Positions 7,865 through 17,948 of a DNA stretch of 26,036 nt are shown here, in pieces (the first letter of the stretch is position 1; each line of letters starts with the position of its first letter). A program made the position numbers and the translations under genes. The notes beneath the pieces are model-generated. The model saw only the letters and a program-made list of their open reading frames with translations, searched no databases and was not told where the DNA came from. The stretch lies in the NCBI GenBank assembly GCA_046757525.1, contig JBHHYI010000046.1, positions 1 to 26,036 on the forward strand, in the 5' to 3' direction. The DNA is from a bacterium. GTDB lineage: Bacteria > Zhuqueibacterota > Zhuqueibacteria > Oceanimicrobiales > Oceanimicrobiaceae.

Positions 7865-9267
7865 GACTAAGAGCAAAATCCGTTGCGGTTTACCAACAAG
7901 CGCACCGAATTCTCGGTGCCTTTTTTTTAAAGAAATATTTAGAATTAGAACAAAATCGGCGAGATGCGGCCCCTGGCGAGCGCTCCGTTGCTGCTTGTCG
8001 CGTCGGCTACATCTTGAAGGGCTATCCGCGCATTTCGGAAGTATTCATCAGCAACGAAATCTACTTGCTTGAACAACTGGGCCTGAATCTACGCGTTTTT
8101 TCGGTGAAGCCATCAGAGGACACCAGCAGGCACGCGAGCATTAAACGGATCAAGGCTCCGGTGGACTACCTGCCGCAAGTGACTTCGCTCAGCAACAGCT
8201 CTTTCCTGCTCTGGTTGTGGCAGAATCTGCCTGCGTTCAAGGCCAGCCACCTTGCGCTGATGAAGCTGCGTACCCGGGCGTATTTGAAAACGCTGCTTAG
8301 CGCGATCAAAATGTGTCTCGTCTACCGGTCGAGCCCCTTTGCATTTCCCAAAAAAGCGTTCATCAAGGAATTCTTGCAGGCTGGAATCATCGCGCTGGAA
8401 GCTCTGCGCGACGGTTCCGTCCGGCACTTCCACGCCCATTTCTGTCACGGCGCTACCACGATTGCCCTGTTCGCCAGTCAAATGGCGGGCCTTCCCTTCA
8501 GTTTTACCGCCCACGCCAAAGACATCTACCTGAAAAAACTCAATCCCCGTGATTTGCTAAGAATAAAGCTCAAGAAGGCTAAATTCGTGTGCACCTGTAC
8601 GGCAGCCAACAAGGCCTATTTGGAGGCGATTTGTCCTGATGGGGCCCCGGTTCATTTGATCTACCATGGCCTGAATACGGAGCTTTTCAGGCCCGTTTTG
8701 GGCGAACGCCAGGGATTGCAAATCCTGGCTATTGGTCGCTTTGTTGCCAAGAAGGGTTTCACCTTTCTCATCGAAGCCTGCCGCATTCTCAAGGACAGGG
8801 GCTATGAATTCAACTGTCGCGTGGTGGGGGAAGCCGGCGAGCAGTCGAGCACGGTTCAGCGATTGATTAAGGAACTGAATCTTGAGGACACGATCTCCTT
8901 GCAGGGCGCCGTGATCCAGGAAGAGCTGCAGGAAATTTACCAGTCAGCGACGATTTTTGCCTTGCCGTGCCAGATCGTGGAAAATGGGGACCGTGACGGC
9001 ATTCCCAACGTGCTTGCCGAGGCCATGGCCAATGAGCTACCCGTGGTCTCCACCAACATTTCGGGGATTCCGGAGCTGGTGACCGATGGCATCGACGGGT
9101 TGTTGGTGCCGCAAAAAAACGCTGCAGCGCTTGCAGACGCGATTGAAAGACTCTTGCAAGACCAACCATTGCGCCAGCGATTGGGGCAGGCGGCCAGAGC
9201 GAAAATCTGCCGCATTTTTGATTCAAAAAAGAACACAGTGGCTTTAAGAGATCTGTTCGTGACCTAA
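7861..9267 (+). CDS. GT4 glycosyltransferase, paralogue of upstream gene
   Basis: YPRISEVFISNEI, HAHFCH, SFTAHAKDIY, GRFVAKKG, DRDGIPNVLAEAMA; ATGA overlap with upstream stop. Confidence 0.9.
   Translation: MRLRAKSVAVYQQAHRILGAFFLKKYLELEQNRRDAAPGERSVAACRVGYILKGYPRISEVFISNEIYLLEQLGLNLRVFSVKPSEDTSRHASIKRIKAPVDYLPQVTSLSNSSFLLWLWQNLPAFKASHLALMKLRTRAYLKTLLSAIKMCLVYRSSPFAFPKKAFIKEFLQAGIIALEALRDGSVRHFHAHFCHGATTIALFASQMAGLPFSFTAHAKDIYLKKLNPRDLLRIKLKKAKFVCTCTAANKAYLEAICPDGAPVHLIYHGLNTELFRPVLGERQGLQILAIGRFVAKKGFTFLIEACRILKDRGYEFNCRVVGEAGEQSSTVQRLIKELNLEDTISLQGAVIQEELQEIYQSATIFALPCQIVENGDRDGIPNVLAEAMANELPVVSTNISGIPELVTDGIDGLLVPQKNAAALADAIERLLQDQPLRQRLGQAARAKICRIFDSKKNTVALRDLFVT
7902..7928 (+). terminator. 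Intrinsic-terminator-like hairpin inside the 5' end of the second GT4 gene
   Basis: GCACCGA-ATTC-TCGGTGC-C-TTTTTTTT. Confidence 0.55.
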
Positions 9268-9276
9268 CCCAGAATC

Positions 9277-11316
9277 ATGTTTACCAGGACCAACATGGAA
9301 ACGACGAACTTCTTGCGTCCGGAGTACAAAGACTGGACGCCCGCACAAGTTTACCAGCATTTTAGAACGCGCGCTAATATCGAGTATTTTCCGGTACTGG
9401 ATGCGGCAGAGACCAGACCGGAGAAGATAACCGCGGTTCTCGAAAACCGGTTTACCTTTAACAACGAGACCCACGCGCTTGCCAGGGAATTTGACTGGAA
9501 GGTTAATCCCAGCCAGGATATGGAATGGCTGATCATGCTGCACAAGTTCTATTACGCGGCCGGCCTGGGCAAGTATTACCTCGAAACCGGCCAGCAGAAG
9601 TATGTCTCGAAATGGGTGGAGCTGACGTCGTCTTGGATCGATGCGGTGGAGCCGGGTTTCATCGCCAGCGACGTGACCGGTAGACGCATTCAGAACTGGA
9701 TTTTTGCGCACTATTATTTCGTCAGCAAGAGTCCTGCCGCTTGTGTGGCTCCCGATTTCTATTTGAAGTTCCTGAGATCGATTTACGAGCAGGTCAGCTA
9801 CCTTGGCGAGCATTTGACCCCTTCCCGCAACCACCGCACGCTGGAGCTGTACGCCATTTTTTTGGCGGCAGTGGTCTTCCAGGAGTTTGAGGAAGCCGCA
9901 CAGTGGTTGGAATTTGCCCAAACCGAAATCTACAAAAACATCCGGGAGGATGTATTAGAGGACGGCGTGCACTGCGAGCTTTCAACCGACTACCACCACA
10001 TCGTTTTGAGAAACTATTTAGGGGTGCGGCGTCTGGCACAGCTCAATCAAATTCCCTTTGATCCCGAAGCTGACCGACGCATCGAACAGGCCCTGGAATT
10101 TGCCATGTATGCCCACAAGCCCGACGGTTGCATTCCTTCGCTCAGCGACGGTGACTGCGGCAGCTTTCTGTACCTATTGCAGCAGGGCTATGAGCTTTAC
10201 GGCCGTGAAGACATGCTCTACGCAGCCACGCGCGGTGAAAAAGGAGAGCCGCCGGCGCAGCGAAGCCGCAGCTTTAACCGCAGTGGCTACCACGTCTTGC
10301 GCAGCGGCTGGGGGGATCGGTCGCTACCCTACGCAGACGAGCACTACCTCATTTTTGATTGTGGCCCGCTGGGCAGAGGCAATCACGGCCATTTCGATCT
10401 GTTGAGCTTTGAAATGGCTGCCTGCGGCAAGTCTCTGATCGTCGATCCAGGGCGTTTCACTTACGATGAATCCGGCGATTACAACTGGCGCGTGCATTTT
10501 CGAGGCACCCAAAGTCACAACACGGTTTTGGTGGACCAGAAAGACCAGACGCGCTACTGCTTTAACCAGGCCAGAAACAAATTCAAGATTTCTGGTCCCG
10601 AACCTGAGTACAAGACGAAAATGGTTGTGCACCGATCCGAATTCGATTTTCTGCACGGTGTGGCGCGCAGCCACGAATATGGGGCGGTACATGAGCGCAG
10701 AATATTCTACGCCTGTCCCGATTACTGGATCATTACCGATTTCTTGCGGGACCAGTGCAGCCACCGATATGACCTGTTGTTTCACCTGTCGCCACAGGCT
10801 AACGGTCGGGTCGCGCTGCACCTCGCGGAAAGCACTTTGCGGGTGGAGTCACCCAACCTGGTGCTGGCCCAGCCATTCCAGGCGGAAGTAGAAGTCAGGA
10901 TTGAGAAAGGGTATGTTTCACCAACCTACGGGGTAAAACAGGAAGCACCGGTGCTCAGATTTACGCAGACTGCTAAACGGGCTGCCTACCTCACGCTGCT
11001 GGTGCCGTTCAAATTTACGCCGCCGGAGATTTTGATTGAACAACTCGACGTTTTTACGGAATCCGGGCTTTGTGCCAGGGACGAGGTCACAGCCATTCGG
11101 GTAACGTGGAACAGGCAAAATCAAGAATTCAAAGATTATTATTTCAATGCGTATCGCCAGGAGAGCGAAACCTACCGTTTTGAGGAATTTGTTTATGAAG
11201 GGAAATTCTTTTTCGTCAGAAAGGATGCCGATGGCAATATCGTCCGGGTGCATCACCAGGCCGGGACGCTGCTGAAAATCAGAAAAAGAGAGCCCCAGGC
11301 CGCTGTGTACGATTGA
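9277..11316 (+). CDS. Heparinase II/III-like polysaccharide lyase family protein, no signal peptide
   Basis: NHRTLE, DGVHCELSTDYH, SGYHVLRSGW, HGHFDLLSFE, DPGRFTY, HNTVLVD. Confidence 0.88.
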   Translation: MFTRTNMETTNFLRPEYKDWTPAQVYQHFRTRANIEYFPVLDAAETRPEKITAVLENRFTFNNETHALAREFDWKVNPSQDMEWLIMLHKFYYAAGLGKYYLETGQQKYVSKWVELTSSWIDAVEPGFIASDVTGRRIQNWIFAHYYFVSKSPAACVAPDFYLKFLRSIYEQVSYLGEHLTPSRNHRTLELYAIFLAAVVFQEFEEAAQWLEFAQTEIYKNIREDVLEDGVHCELSTDYHHIVLRNYLGVRRLAQLNQIPFDPEADRRIEQALEFAMYAHKPDGCIPSLSDGDCGSFLYLLQQGYELYGREDMLYAATRGEKGEPPAQRSRSFNRSGYHVLRSGWGDRSLPYADEHYLIFDCGPLGRGNHGHFDLLSFEMAACGKSLIVDPGRFTYDESGDYNWRVHFRGTQSHNTVLVDQKDQTRYCFNQARNKFKISGPEPEYKTKMVVHRSEFDFLHGVARSHEYGAVHERRIFYACPDYWIITDFLRDQCSHRYDLLFHLSPQANGRVALHLAESTLRVESPNLVLAQPFQAEVEVRIEKGYVSPTYGVKQEAPVLRFTQTAKRAAYLTLLVPFKFTPPEILIEQLDVFTESGLCARDEVTAIRVTWNRQNQEFKDYYFNAYRQESETYRFEEFVYEGKFFFVRKDADGNIVRVHHQAGTLLKIRKREPQAAVYD

Positions 11317-11334
11317 GTCGAAAAGGAGGGTGTT

Positions 11335-12741
11335 GTGAAGAATCTATTAGTTGACGAGGTGCTGCCGCAAATGGCTCTGGCCATGGACACCGATTCCATG
11401 CGAGCTGTTTTTCAGAGGAAATTGTTCGGGATGGGGTCCCAGCCGAATGGAGAAAAGTCTGAGACCTCCAGGTTTGAAATTGAAGCCTGCGCCATCGATC
11501 GGGTCAAATATAAGCCGGGCAAGAACTGCCTGGTTCTGTACCGGCTGGGCATTCGGGATCGCCAGACGCGGAGTTTGCGGGAACAAACCCTTTGTACCCG
11601 GATTTACGAACCCGGCGGTGCGCACCTGCGATTTTTGAAAGCGCAATCACAAAGGCTCGTCACGCCTGAACTGGGCAAGCCCCTAATGCACATCCCAGAA
11701 ATAGACATGGTGGTCTGGACGTTTCCAAACGAACGCAAGCTTCAGGCGTTGCCTGAAATTGCAGACCTCGCCTTCTTGCGCTGGCAGATCGTGCCGGAGC
11801 TCGTCGCCCGCAATTTTGGCGCCAATTGGATGGTTGAGGATGTCTCGCACGAGATCGTCCACTACGTTCCGGAACACACCTGCACCATTCGTCTGGACGT
11901 CCAACTGCACGACACCGTTTTCGGCAATCGGCGCAAGGTGGCGATTTTCGGGAAGACGTATTACAACGAGGAGGGCGAAGCAACTTACCATCTCATGCAG
12001 CAATTGTGGCAGAGCGCTTCCAGGCGGAACAAACAATTCTTGATGGCGCAGCCGTTAGGCTATTCTTCAGAACTCAAGACCTTGTGGCAACTGGGTCTGC
12101 CAGGGCGGACTTTGCAGGAATGCGATCTTGGCCACACACGAGCGCTCCGACCGATCGCCCTGGCAGGCATTACCCTTGCCAAGTTGCACACCATTTCCTT
12201 GAACCCGACACAAACTGTGCAGTTGGCCCATTTGCAGGAACGCCTGGAGGAAATGAAACGCCTTTTGGCGCAAGTAAGGCCAGGCTGTTCAGAGATTTTG
12301 TTCAAAGTGACGGCCCAACTGCAGCGTAGGGCCAAACAGCTTGAAACGCAGCCTCTGGCCACGCTGCACGGCGATTTGCATTTGAAGAACTTTTTGATCG
12401 ATGCGGACCAGGTCGCCCTCATCGATTTGGACAATGTTTGTACGGGCCCTCCAGCGTTCGATATAGGCAGCTTTGCCGCGACGATTCAGTACCTGGGCCT
12501 GCTTCACCGGAGGCCCCGACACTGGAGTGAAAATATCATCCGGGTTTTCCGCCATTACTACCAGCACAACGTCCCCTGGCAGATCCGGGAGTCTGACTTC
12601 AACTGGTACGTTGCCGCTGCACTCATCCATGAGCGAGCTTTTCGATGTTTGACGCGATTGAAAGCTGGCCGCCTGGAAATCGTGGAGGCGTTGCTGCAGT
12701 TGGCCTATGAAACCCTGAGCAACCGATCCAGAGGCATCTGA
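11335..12741 (+). CDS. APH/choline-kinase-like phosphotransferase
   Basis: GTG start with AGGAGG; Brenner motif HGDLHLKN, IDLD; repeated YxP..C motifs (YKPGKNC, YVPEHTC). Confidence 0.85.
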   Translation: MKNLLVDEVLPQMALAMDTDSMRAVFQRKLFGMGSQPNGEKSETSRFEIEACAIDRVKYKPGKNCLVLYRLGIRDRQTRSLREQTLCTRIYEPGGAHLRFLKAQSQRLVTPELGKPLMHIPEIDMVVWTFPNERKLQALPEIADLAFLRWQIVPELVARNFGANWMVEDVSHEIVHYVPEHTCTIRLDVQLHDTVFGNRRKVAIFGKTYYNEEGEATYHLMQQLWQSASRRNKQFLMAQPLGYSSELKTLWQLGLPGRTLQECDLGHTRALRPIALAGITLAKLHTISLNPTQTVQLAHLQERLEEMKRLLAQVRPGCSEILFKVTAQLQRRAKQLETQPLATLHGDLHLKNFLIDADQVALIDLDNVCTGPPAFDIGSFAATIQYLGLLHRRPRHWSENIIRVFRHYYQHNVPWQIRESDFNWYVAAALIHERAFRCLTRLKAGRLEIVEALLQLAYETLSNRSRGI

Positions 12742-12749
12742 GACGAGCC

Positions 12750-14561
12750 ATGAAGAGGAAAAGTACTATGACAGCCACTACCGACACACCTGCCCGGCAG
12801 AAGACCTGGCGGCGACTCTGGAAAACATTTGGCCCTGATTTGTGGCGCCACCGCCGCAAGCTCGTCTTAGCCTATCTTCTAAGTCTGATTTCCATCGGGG
12901 CCACGGTGCTTTCTCCCTGGCCTCTGAAAAGCATCATCGACCACGTGATTAGCCAGCAACCGTTTGGCTGGAGCTTGCAGCACTTGACGCAAGGAATCTC
13001 CTCCGATGGGATGGTTGTGCTGCTGTCTCTGAGCTTTGTGTTGCTGGCATTGATTGCCGCATTGACCGGGGCGGCCAACAAAATCATGATCGCCCAGGTG
13101 CGCGAACGCCTCAGCCTGGAGCTGCGGGACAAGATTCTGGTTCACATCCAGAAGCTGCCGCCCTCGATGCGAACGGCGTTCAAGAGCGGCGAACTCGTTA
13201 TGAGGCTGGTCGGAGACGTGAATCTTTTTACACGCCTGCAAACCAAAACATTGCCGGTGATTTTCCGTCACGTCTACATGATGATCTTCACCCTGGCCAT
13301 GATGTTCTGGATCGAGCCGCGACTGGCCTTGCTTGGTTTGATGGTAATCCCAGGTCTGGCTTTTCTGGCCAAGCGCTACGGTGGTCCACTCAAGAATTCT
13401 TCCCGCAAGAAACGACACCACGAAGGCGACGTGGCCGGTCTGGCCCAGGAGATCGTCAACGGGCTGCCGACCATCCAGGCCATCGGTAGCGAGTCGTACA
13501 CCCGCAAGCGATTTGAGCACACCAACGCGCGCAGCCTGGAGTCGGGTGTGCGTATGATTGGGGTGATTGTGGGCATGGAAAGGACCTTACAGGTTGCTCA
13601 GGGCGTGGCCGTGGCCCTGGTGACGGGCGGCGGCGCCTTGCTGGTCCTGCGCGGGCAGTTGACCGTCGGAGAGCTCACCGTGTTTGCGGCCTACATGACG
13701 CAATTGTTGAAGCCTGTTGAGAAAATAAATGAGCTGGCTTCTTCGGTAGCCCGTGGATTTGCTGCGGTGGAAAAGCTGCTTGGCCTACTCGAAACCAGGC
13801 CCGCGGTTCGGGAAATCTCAGCAGGCGCCACCATTTCTGCGGTCAAAGGAAATTTCAGTCTACAAAACATCTGGTTTTATTATCCCGACGCCGGGGTTGG
13901 GAGTGCGCCGGTATTGCGCGGTCTGAATCTCAAACTGGTGCCCGGCAAATTGACCGTTCTGGTTGGCAGCAGCGGTTGCGGTAAGAGCACCCTGCTGCAC
14001 CTTCTTTTGCGCTTGTACGACCCAAGCCTGGGACAGATTCTACTGGACGGCTGCCCGCTCAAAGAAATGTCCTTGCAGTCGCTGCGCGCACAAATCTCTG
14101 TCCTGTTGCAAACCACGCATCTGTTTGCCGGAACCATTCGCGAAGCTTTGGCTGCACACACCAAAGAGGTCAGCGACAACCAACTCTGGGACGCCCTGGC
14201 GTTTGTTGGTCTGGAGCGATTCGTCCGTAAACTCCCGGCTGGCCTAAATGCGCCCTTGGGTGAAGACGCTTTCAACTTTTCCGGCGGACAACGTAAACGG
14301 CTGTCGCTGGCACGCGCCTTTCTGCTGGATCGGCCAATACTGCTACTGGATGAGCCGGTGGCCAATGTGGACGCCCAATCGGAAACCATTATTCTGGACG
14401 CTCTCGATGAAATACGTCCAGGGAAAACCTGTCTGGCTATCAGCCACCGGCCGGCCCTCGTCGAGCGGGCCGATGTCGTTTACCGAATGCTGGACGGTCA
14501 GGTCTTTGAGGTGGCGGACCCGAAGCTCAATCCTTGTGAATACGAGTCTGTGAACCTCTAA
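12750..14561 (+). CDS. ABC exporter, fused TMD-NBD (MsbA/NdvA-like architecture)
   Basis: N-terminal TM helices; Walker A GSSGCGKST, FSGGQ, Walker B LLLDEP, H-loop ISH. Confidence 0.93.
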   Translation: MKRKSTMTATTDTPARQKTWRRLWKTFGPDLWRHRRKLVLAYLLSLISIGATVLSPWPLKSIIDHVISQQPFGWSLQHLTQGISSDGMVVLLSLSFVLLALIAALTGAANKIMIAQVRERLSLELRDKILVHIQKLPPSMRTAFKSGELVMRLVGDVNLFTRLQTKTLPVIFRHVYMMIFTLAMMFWIEPRLALLGLMVIPGLAFLAKRYGGPLKNSSRKKRHHEGDVAGLAQEIVNGLPTIQAIGSESYTRKRFEHTNARSLESGVRMIGVIVGMERTLQVAQGVAVALVTGGGALLVLRGQLTVGELTVFAAYMTQLLKPVEKINELASSVARGFAAVEKLLGLLETRPAVREISAGATISAVKGNFSLQNIWFYYPDAGVGSAPVLRGLNLKLVPGKLTVLVGSSGCGKSTLLHLLLRLYDPSLGQILLDGCPLKEMSLQSLRAQISVLLQTTHLFAGTIREALAAHTKEVSDNQLWDALAFVGLERFVRKLPAGLNAPLGEDAFNFSGGQRKRLSLARAFLLDRPILLLDEPVANVDAQSETIILDALDEIRPGKTCLAISHRPALVERADVVYRMLDGQVFEVADPKLNPCEYESVNL

Positions 14562-14622
14562 CCGTAAATGGTCAGTATTTTAAAGCTTAGTGTAAGCTGC
14601 TAATCTCAAATCGAGTTGAATT

Positions 14623-15879
14623 ATGACATCGAGTACCATGGCAACAACAGCGGTCTCCACCGCTACAAAAAGCCACCCGGGCAACGCGCATGAGCGACAC
14701 CGGACTTTGCTGGCCGCTCTGTCGACAGACACTTTCGTACTGGGAGCAATCCATCAGGTTGGCGAGCAGCAAAAATGGTGGGCACCCGGACGAACGTGGC
14801 GTCGCACTTATGGTCGATTTGATCCGGACAGTCTGGCTCTGGTAACTTGCTTGTTCGAGACTGAGGGACGTCCACAGGAAATCTGCCGAGTGGAGGTTTG
14901 GCAAACTCTGCCACCTATTGAAGAGAGTTACGAGGCGAGAATATTCAGCACAGATTTGGGTTGGCTGCGTCTCACCCGGTTCCCGTACGATCCCAAATTG
15001 TCCACGCTGAAGAAAGTATTGGCAAATCCTGGAGAAGTGAAAGTCTTGCGCTACCGTCCGTTCAAAAGGTGCACGATCCGTTTTGAGCCACCTGAGCGGG
15101 AGCAAGCGTACTTCGTCAAGGTTTTCCCCGATGAGCAGGCCGTAAGAATCCACCAGGACAATCTCGACTTGTGGCAGACCGTCCGCAAAGGTGCCCTGGA
15201 TTTTGCTGTGGCGCGACCGTTAAAATGGCAGTCTGAAACCAGGTCTCTTTGGCAGGAAGCTGTGGCAGGCCGTCCTATTCTCGAAGAATTGTTCAGCGTC
15301 AAAGGGCCTGAGTTGGCGCGAAGAATGGGCGCGGCGCTGGCATCCTTGCCGCTTTCCACGGTTCGACCAACGGAAACCCTGGATGGCGACGCCCAGATGA
15401 CACGTTCGCACCGCTACGGCGAGGAGCTGAAGCACCGGCTTCCGCAGTTGTCCCAAAAAATCCGTCGACTGCTCTGCGCTTTGGCCGGACTGCATGCCTG
15501 TCAGTCCGTGAGAAAACTCTACCCCATTCACGGTTCTCCGCACGCGCACCAGTGGCTGGAGGAGGGCCAGAGCTTGGGTCTGGTGGATTTTGACCGCACT
15601 TCATTGGGTGATCCGGAACTCGACGTGGCCACGTTTTTGGCTGAAATGGATTTCGAGGACCGCACCCGAGTGCCCGTAGATCGCTTGAATGCAGCTTTCC
15701 TGGCAGGATTTGAGTCGCGGTTTGGTGCATTAGATCGCGACCTCCTGAGGGCCTATCGCGCTCACAAATGTTTGTCCAAAGCGCTCAAAGCGGCCCAGGC
15801 CGTACGTTGTGACGGTGACCGGCGGGCAGAACGGAATCTAAACTTCGCCTTAGAGGCGATTCCCGGAGGTGCTCTGTGA
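14623..15879 (+). CDS. APH-like phosphotransferase homologue with degenerate catalytic loop (possible pseudokinase)
   Basis: RYRPFKRC, FVKVF, HGSPHAHQW in place of HGDxxxxN, VDFD, GDPELDVA. Confidence 0.75.
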   Translation: MTSSTMATTAVSTATKSHPGNAHERHRTLLAALSTDTFVLGAIHQVGEQQKWWAPGRTWRRTYGRFDPDSLALVTCLFETEGRPQEICRVEVWQTLPPIEESYEARIFSTDLGWLRLTRFPYDPKLSTLKKVLANPGEVKVLRYRPFKRCTIRFEPPEREQAYFVKVFPDEQAVRIHQDNLDLWQTVRKGALDFAVARPLKWQSETRSLWQEAVAGRPILEELFSVKGPELARRMGAALASLPLSTVRPTETLDGDAQMTRSHRYGEELKHRLPQLSQKIRRLLCALAGLHACQSVRKLYPIHGSPHAHQWLEEGQSLGLVDFDRTSLGDPELDVATFLAEMDFEDRTRVPVDRLNAAFLAGFESRFGALDRDLLRAYRAHKCLSKALKAAQAVRCDGDRRAERNLNFALEAIPGGAL

Positions 15880-17882
15880 AAGATCGACCATCCTTGTTGT
15901 TTTATTGCCAACACTCATTAGGAATGGGTCACTTGATCCGCTCCCTTACGCTTGCAGAAGGACTGTCGAAGCGATTTGAGCTTGTTTTTCTCAACGGCGG
16001 GCCCATTCCTGATGGCATAGAACGGCCGGACGATTTCGAGATTGTTGACTTGCCGCCGCTGGGCATGGGCAGAGACGCGCAACTGGTCAGTCGTGCTGCG
16101 AGCTATTCCGTTTGCGGGGCGCGCCGGCATCGTCGCGAAATCATTCTGGACAAATTTCGCCAATTAGAGCCGGACGTGCTTTTTATCGAGCTGTTTCCCT
16201 TTGGCCGCAAAAAATTTTCCGGAGAACTGCTGCCCGTTCTGGAAGAAGCAAATCGCCTGGGCCCACGGGCGCCGTTAACACTTTGCAGTTTGCGAGATCT
16301 GTTGATTAGCAAGCGCGTGGACCAGAGACGGCACGATTGGCGCGCCAGTTTGCTGGCCAATCGCTATTTTGACGCTGTACTGGTGCACGCAGACCAGACG
16401 TTTGCACAACTGGAAGAGTCCTTTAAACCTGAGGTGGCCCTGAAGATTCCCGTACTCTACACTGGCTTCGTGTTCGGAAACAAGCCGGACGCAGCGCATG
16501 CGAGGAGGGAAATATCCACCCGTCGGCGCATTCTGGTTTCGGCTGGTGGCGGCCAGGTGGGTGGTCCGCTTTTGCGAACGGCTGTGGCGGCGCACCAGAT
16601 TCTCTGGAAAAAAGAGCGGGTGGAAATGACGCTGGTGGCCGGTCCGTTTTTGCCTGAACCTGAATGGAACCAACTCGCAGGTGTTGCCAATGAAGCCGAA
16701 GGGCTGGAGCTAATTCGTTCGGTTCCGGATCTTTGTGCCGAAATGCGAGCCTCTGTCGCTTCCATAAGTCAGTGCGGTTACAACACGGCAATGGACATTC
16801 TACGCTCTCGAGTGCCGGCGTTGGTGGTGCCTTTCACCCAAGGTAGCGAAAATGAGCAGACGCAACGCGCTAGAAAGCTCGAGCGGCTTGGTGCCGTGTG
16901 GGTCCTGCATCCCGAGCAGATGGATGCGAGCACGCTGGCTGCTGAAATAGGCAGGCTGCTGAACTTTCACCCCCAAAAAGTCGATCTCGATTTGGATGGC
17001 GGTGCTGGAACCGTGCGGATCGTCGCAGAGCTTTTGCAGCAACGCAAGTCGCAGGACGAAAGGCTGGTTCCAAAACCCTGGCTGAACCTCTGGCTTGATC
17101 CGTTGCGCGAGGCGCTCGATACGGCAGCTCAGCCCGTCGAATTCTTCTTCCGCGACGACGATGCCGGCTGGGAGAACGAGCGTTTGTTCAAACTGCTGGA
17201 CCTTTTCGAGCAGTTCGGTCTTCCCCTCGATCTGGCTGTCATCCCCATGGCACTAATATTAAATCTGAGCCAACAGCTTCTCAAGCGTTTGCAGTCGGCT
17301 TCGCACCACATTGGGATTCATCAGCACGGGTTTGCGCACACCGACCACGAGACTGGGGGACGTAAATGCGAATTCGGCCCTGAACGCAATTATTGCGCAC
17401 AGCTTCACGACTTGCATCTTGGGCGGCAGAGAATGGAGGAGCTGTTTGGCGCCGTGGTAGACCCGTTCTTCACTCCGCCGTGGAATCGTTGCACCGAGGT
17501 GACCGGACGCTGCCTGACCGAGCTCGGATTTTCCTGCCTTTCTCGGGATGTGACCGCCACTCCTTTGAATATTCCCGGTCTTTACGAACTGCCCGTGCGC
17601 ATCGACTGGTTTGCCAAGAGCAAGGGCGTGTATTTGAGCCGGGCTCAGTTGGGAAAAAAGCTTGCGGAACAAGCACAATTGAACCTGCCGGTGGGTGTCA
17701 TGTTCCACCATGCCATCATGGATGAAAAGGAGCGCCGGGACGCTGAAGAGTTGTTGTTTCTGCTGGCCACGCACGGCAATGTTAGGTGCAGGAGCATGAA
17801 GGCCATTGTGGAACAACACGCATCGGGAGTCAAGGCAGGGTTCGAAAAACTCGTTAGGACAGAACCAGTGGTTTTGAGTTAA
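15876..17882 (+). CDS. Fusion: COG4671-like GT-B glycosyltransferase + CE4-like polysaccharide deacetylase
   Basis: FYCQHSLGMGH, ELFPFGR, SAGGG, QCGYNT, EQ..RA; then FFRDDDAG, HQHGFAH, FTPPWNR, MFHH; GTGA overlap. Confidence 0.87.
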   Translation: MKDRPSLLFYCQHSLGMGHLIRSLTLAEGLSKRFELVFLNGGPIPDGIERPDDFEIVDLPPLGMGRDAQLVSRAASYSVCGARRHRREIILDKFRQLEPDVLFIELFPFGRKKFSGELLPVLEEANRLGPRAPLTLCSLRDLLISKRVDQRRHDWRASLLANRYFDAVLVHADQTFAQLEESFKPEVALKIPVLYTGFVFGNKPDAAHARREISTRRRILVSAGGGQVGGPLLRTAVAAHQILWKKERVEMTLVAGPFLPEPEWNQLAGVANEAEGLELIRSVPDLCAEMRASVASISQCGYNTAMDILRSRVPALVVPFTQGSENEQTQRARKLERLGAVWVLHPEQMDASTLAAEIGRLLNFHPQKVDLDLDGGAGTVRIVAELLQQRKSQDERLVPKPWLNLWLDPLREALDTAAQPVEFFFRDDDAGWENERLFKLLDLFEQFGLPLDLAVIPMALILNLSQQLLKRLQSASHHIGIHQHGFAHTDHETGGRKCEFGPERNYCAQLHDLHLGRQRMEELFGAVVDPFFTPPWNRCTEVTGRCLTELGFSCLSRDVTATPLNIPGLYELPVRIDWFAKSKGVYLSRAQLGKKLAEQAQLNLPVGVMFHHAIMDEKERRDAEELLFLLATHGNVRCRSMKAIVEQHASGVKAGFEKLVRTEPVVLS

Positions 17883-17948
17883 GAGCATTCTGATATGATA
17901 ATACCACTAAGGTATTGCATCGGTCAGGCCAGTCATCTGGCGGCTGCC

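Noticed and set aside
11335..15879. Aminoglycoside resistance genes
   Set aside because: Long N-terminal extensions, biosynthetic context and loss of the catalytic Asp in one copy; fold similarity only
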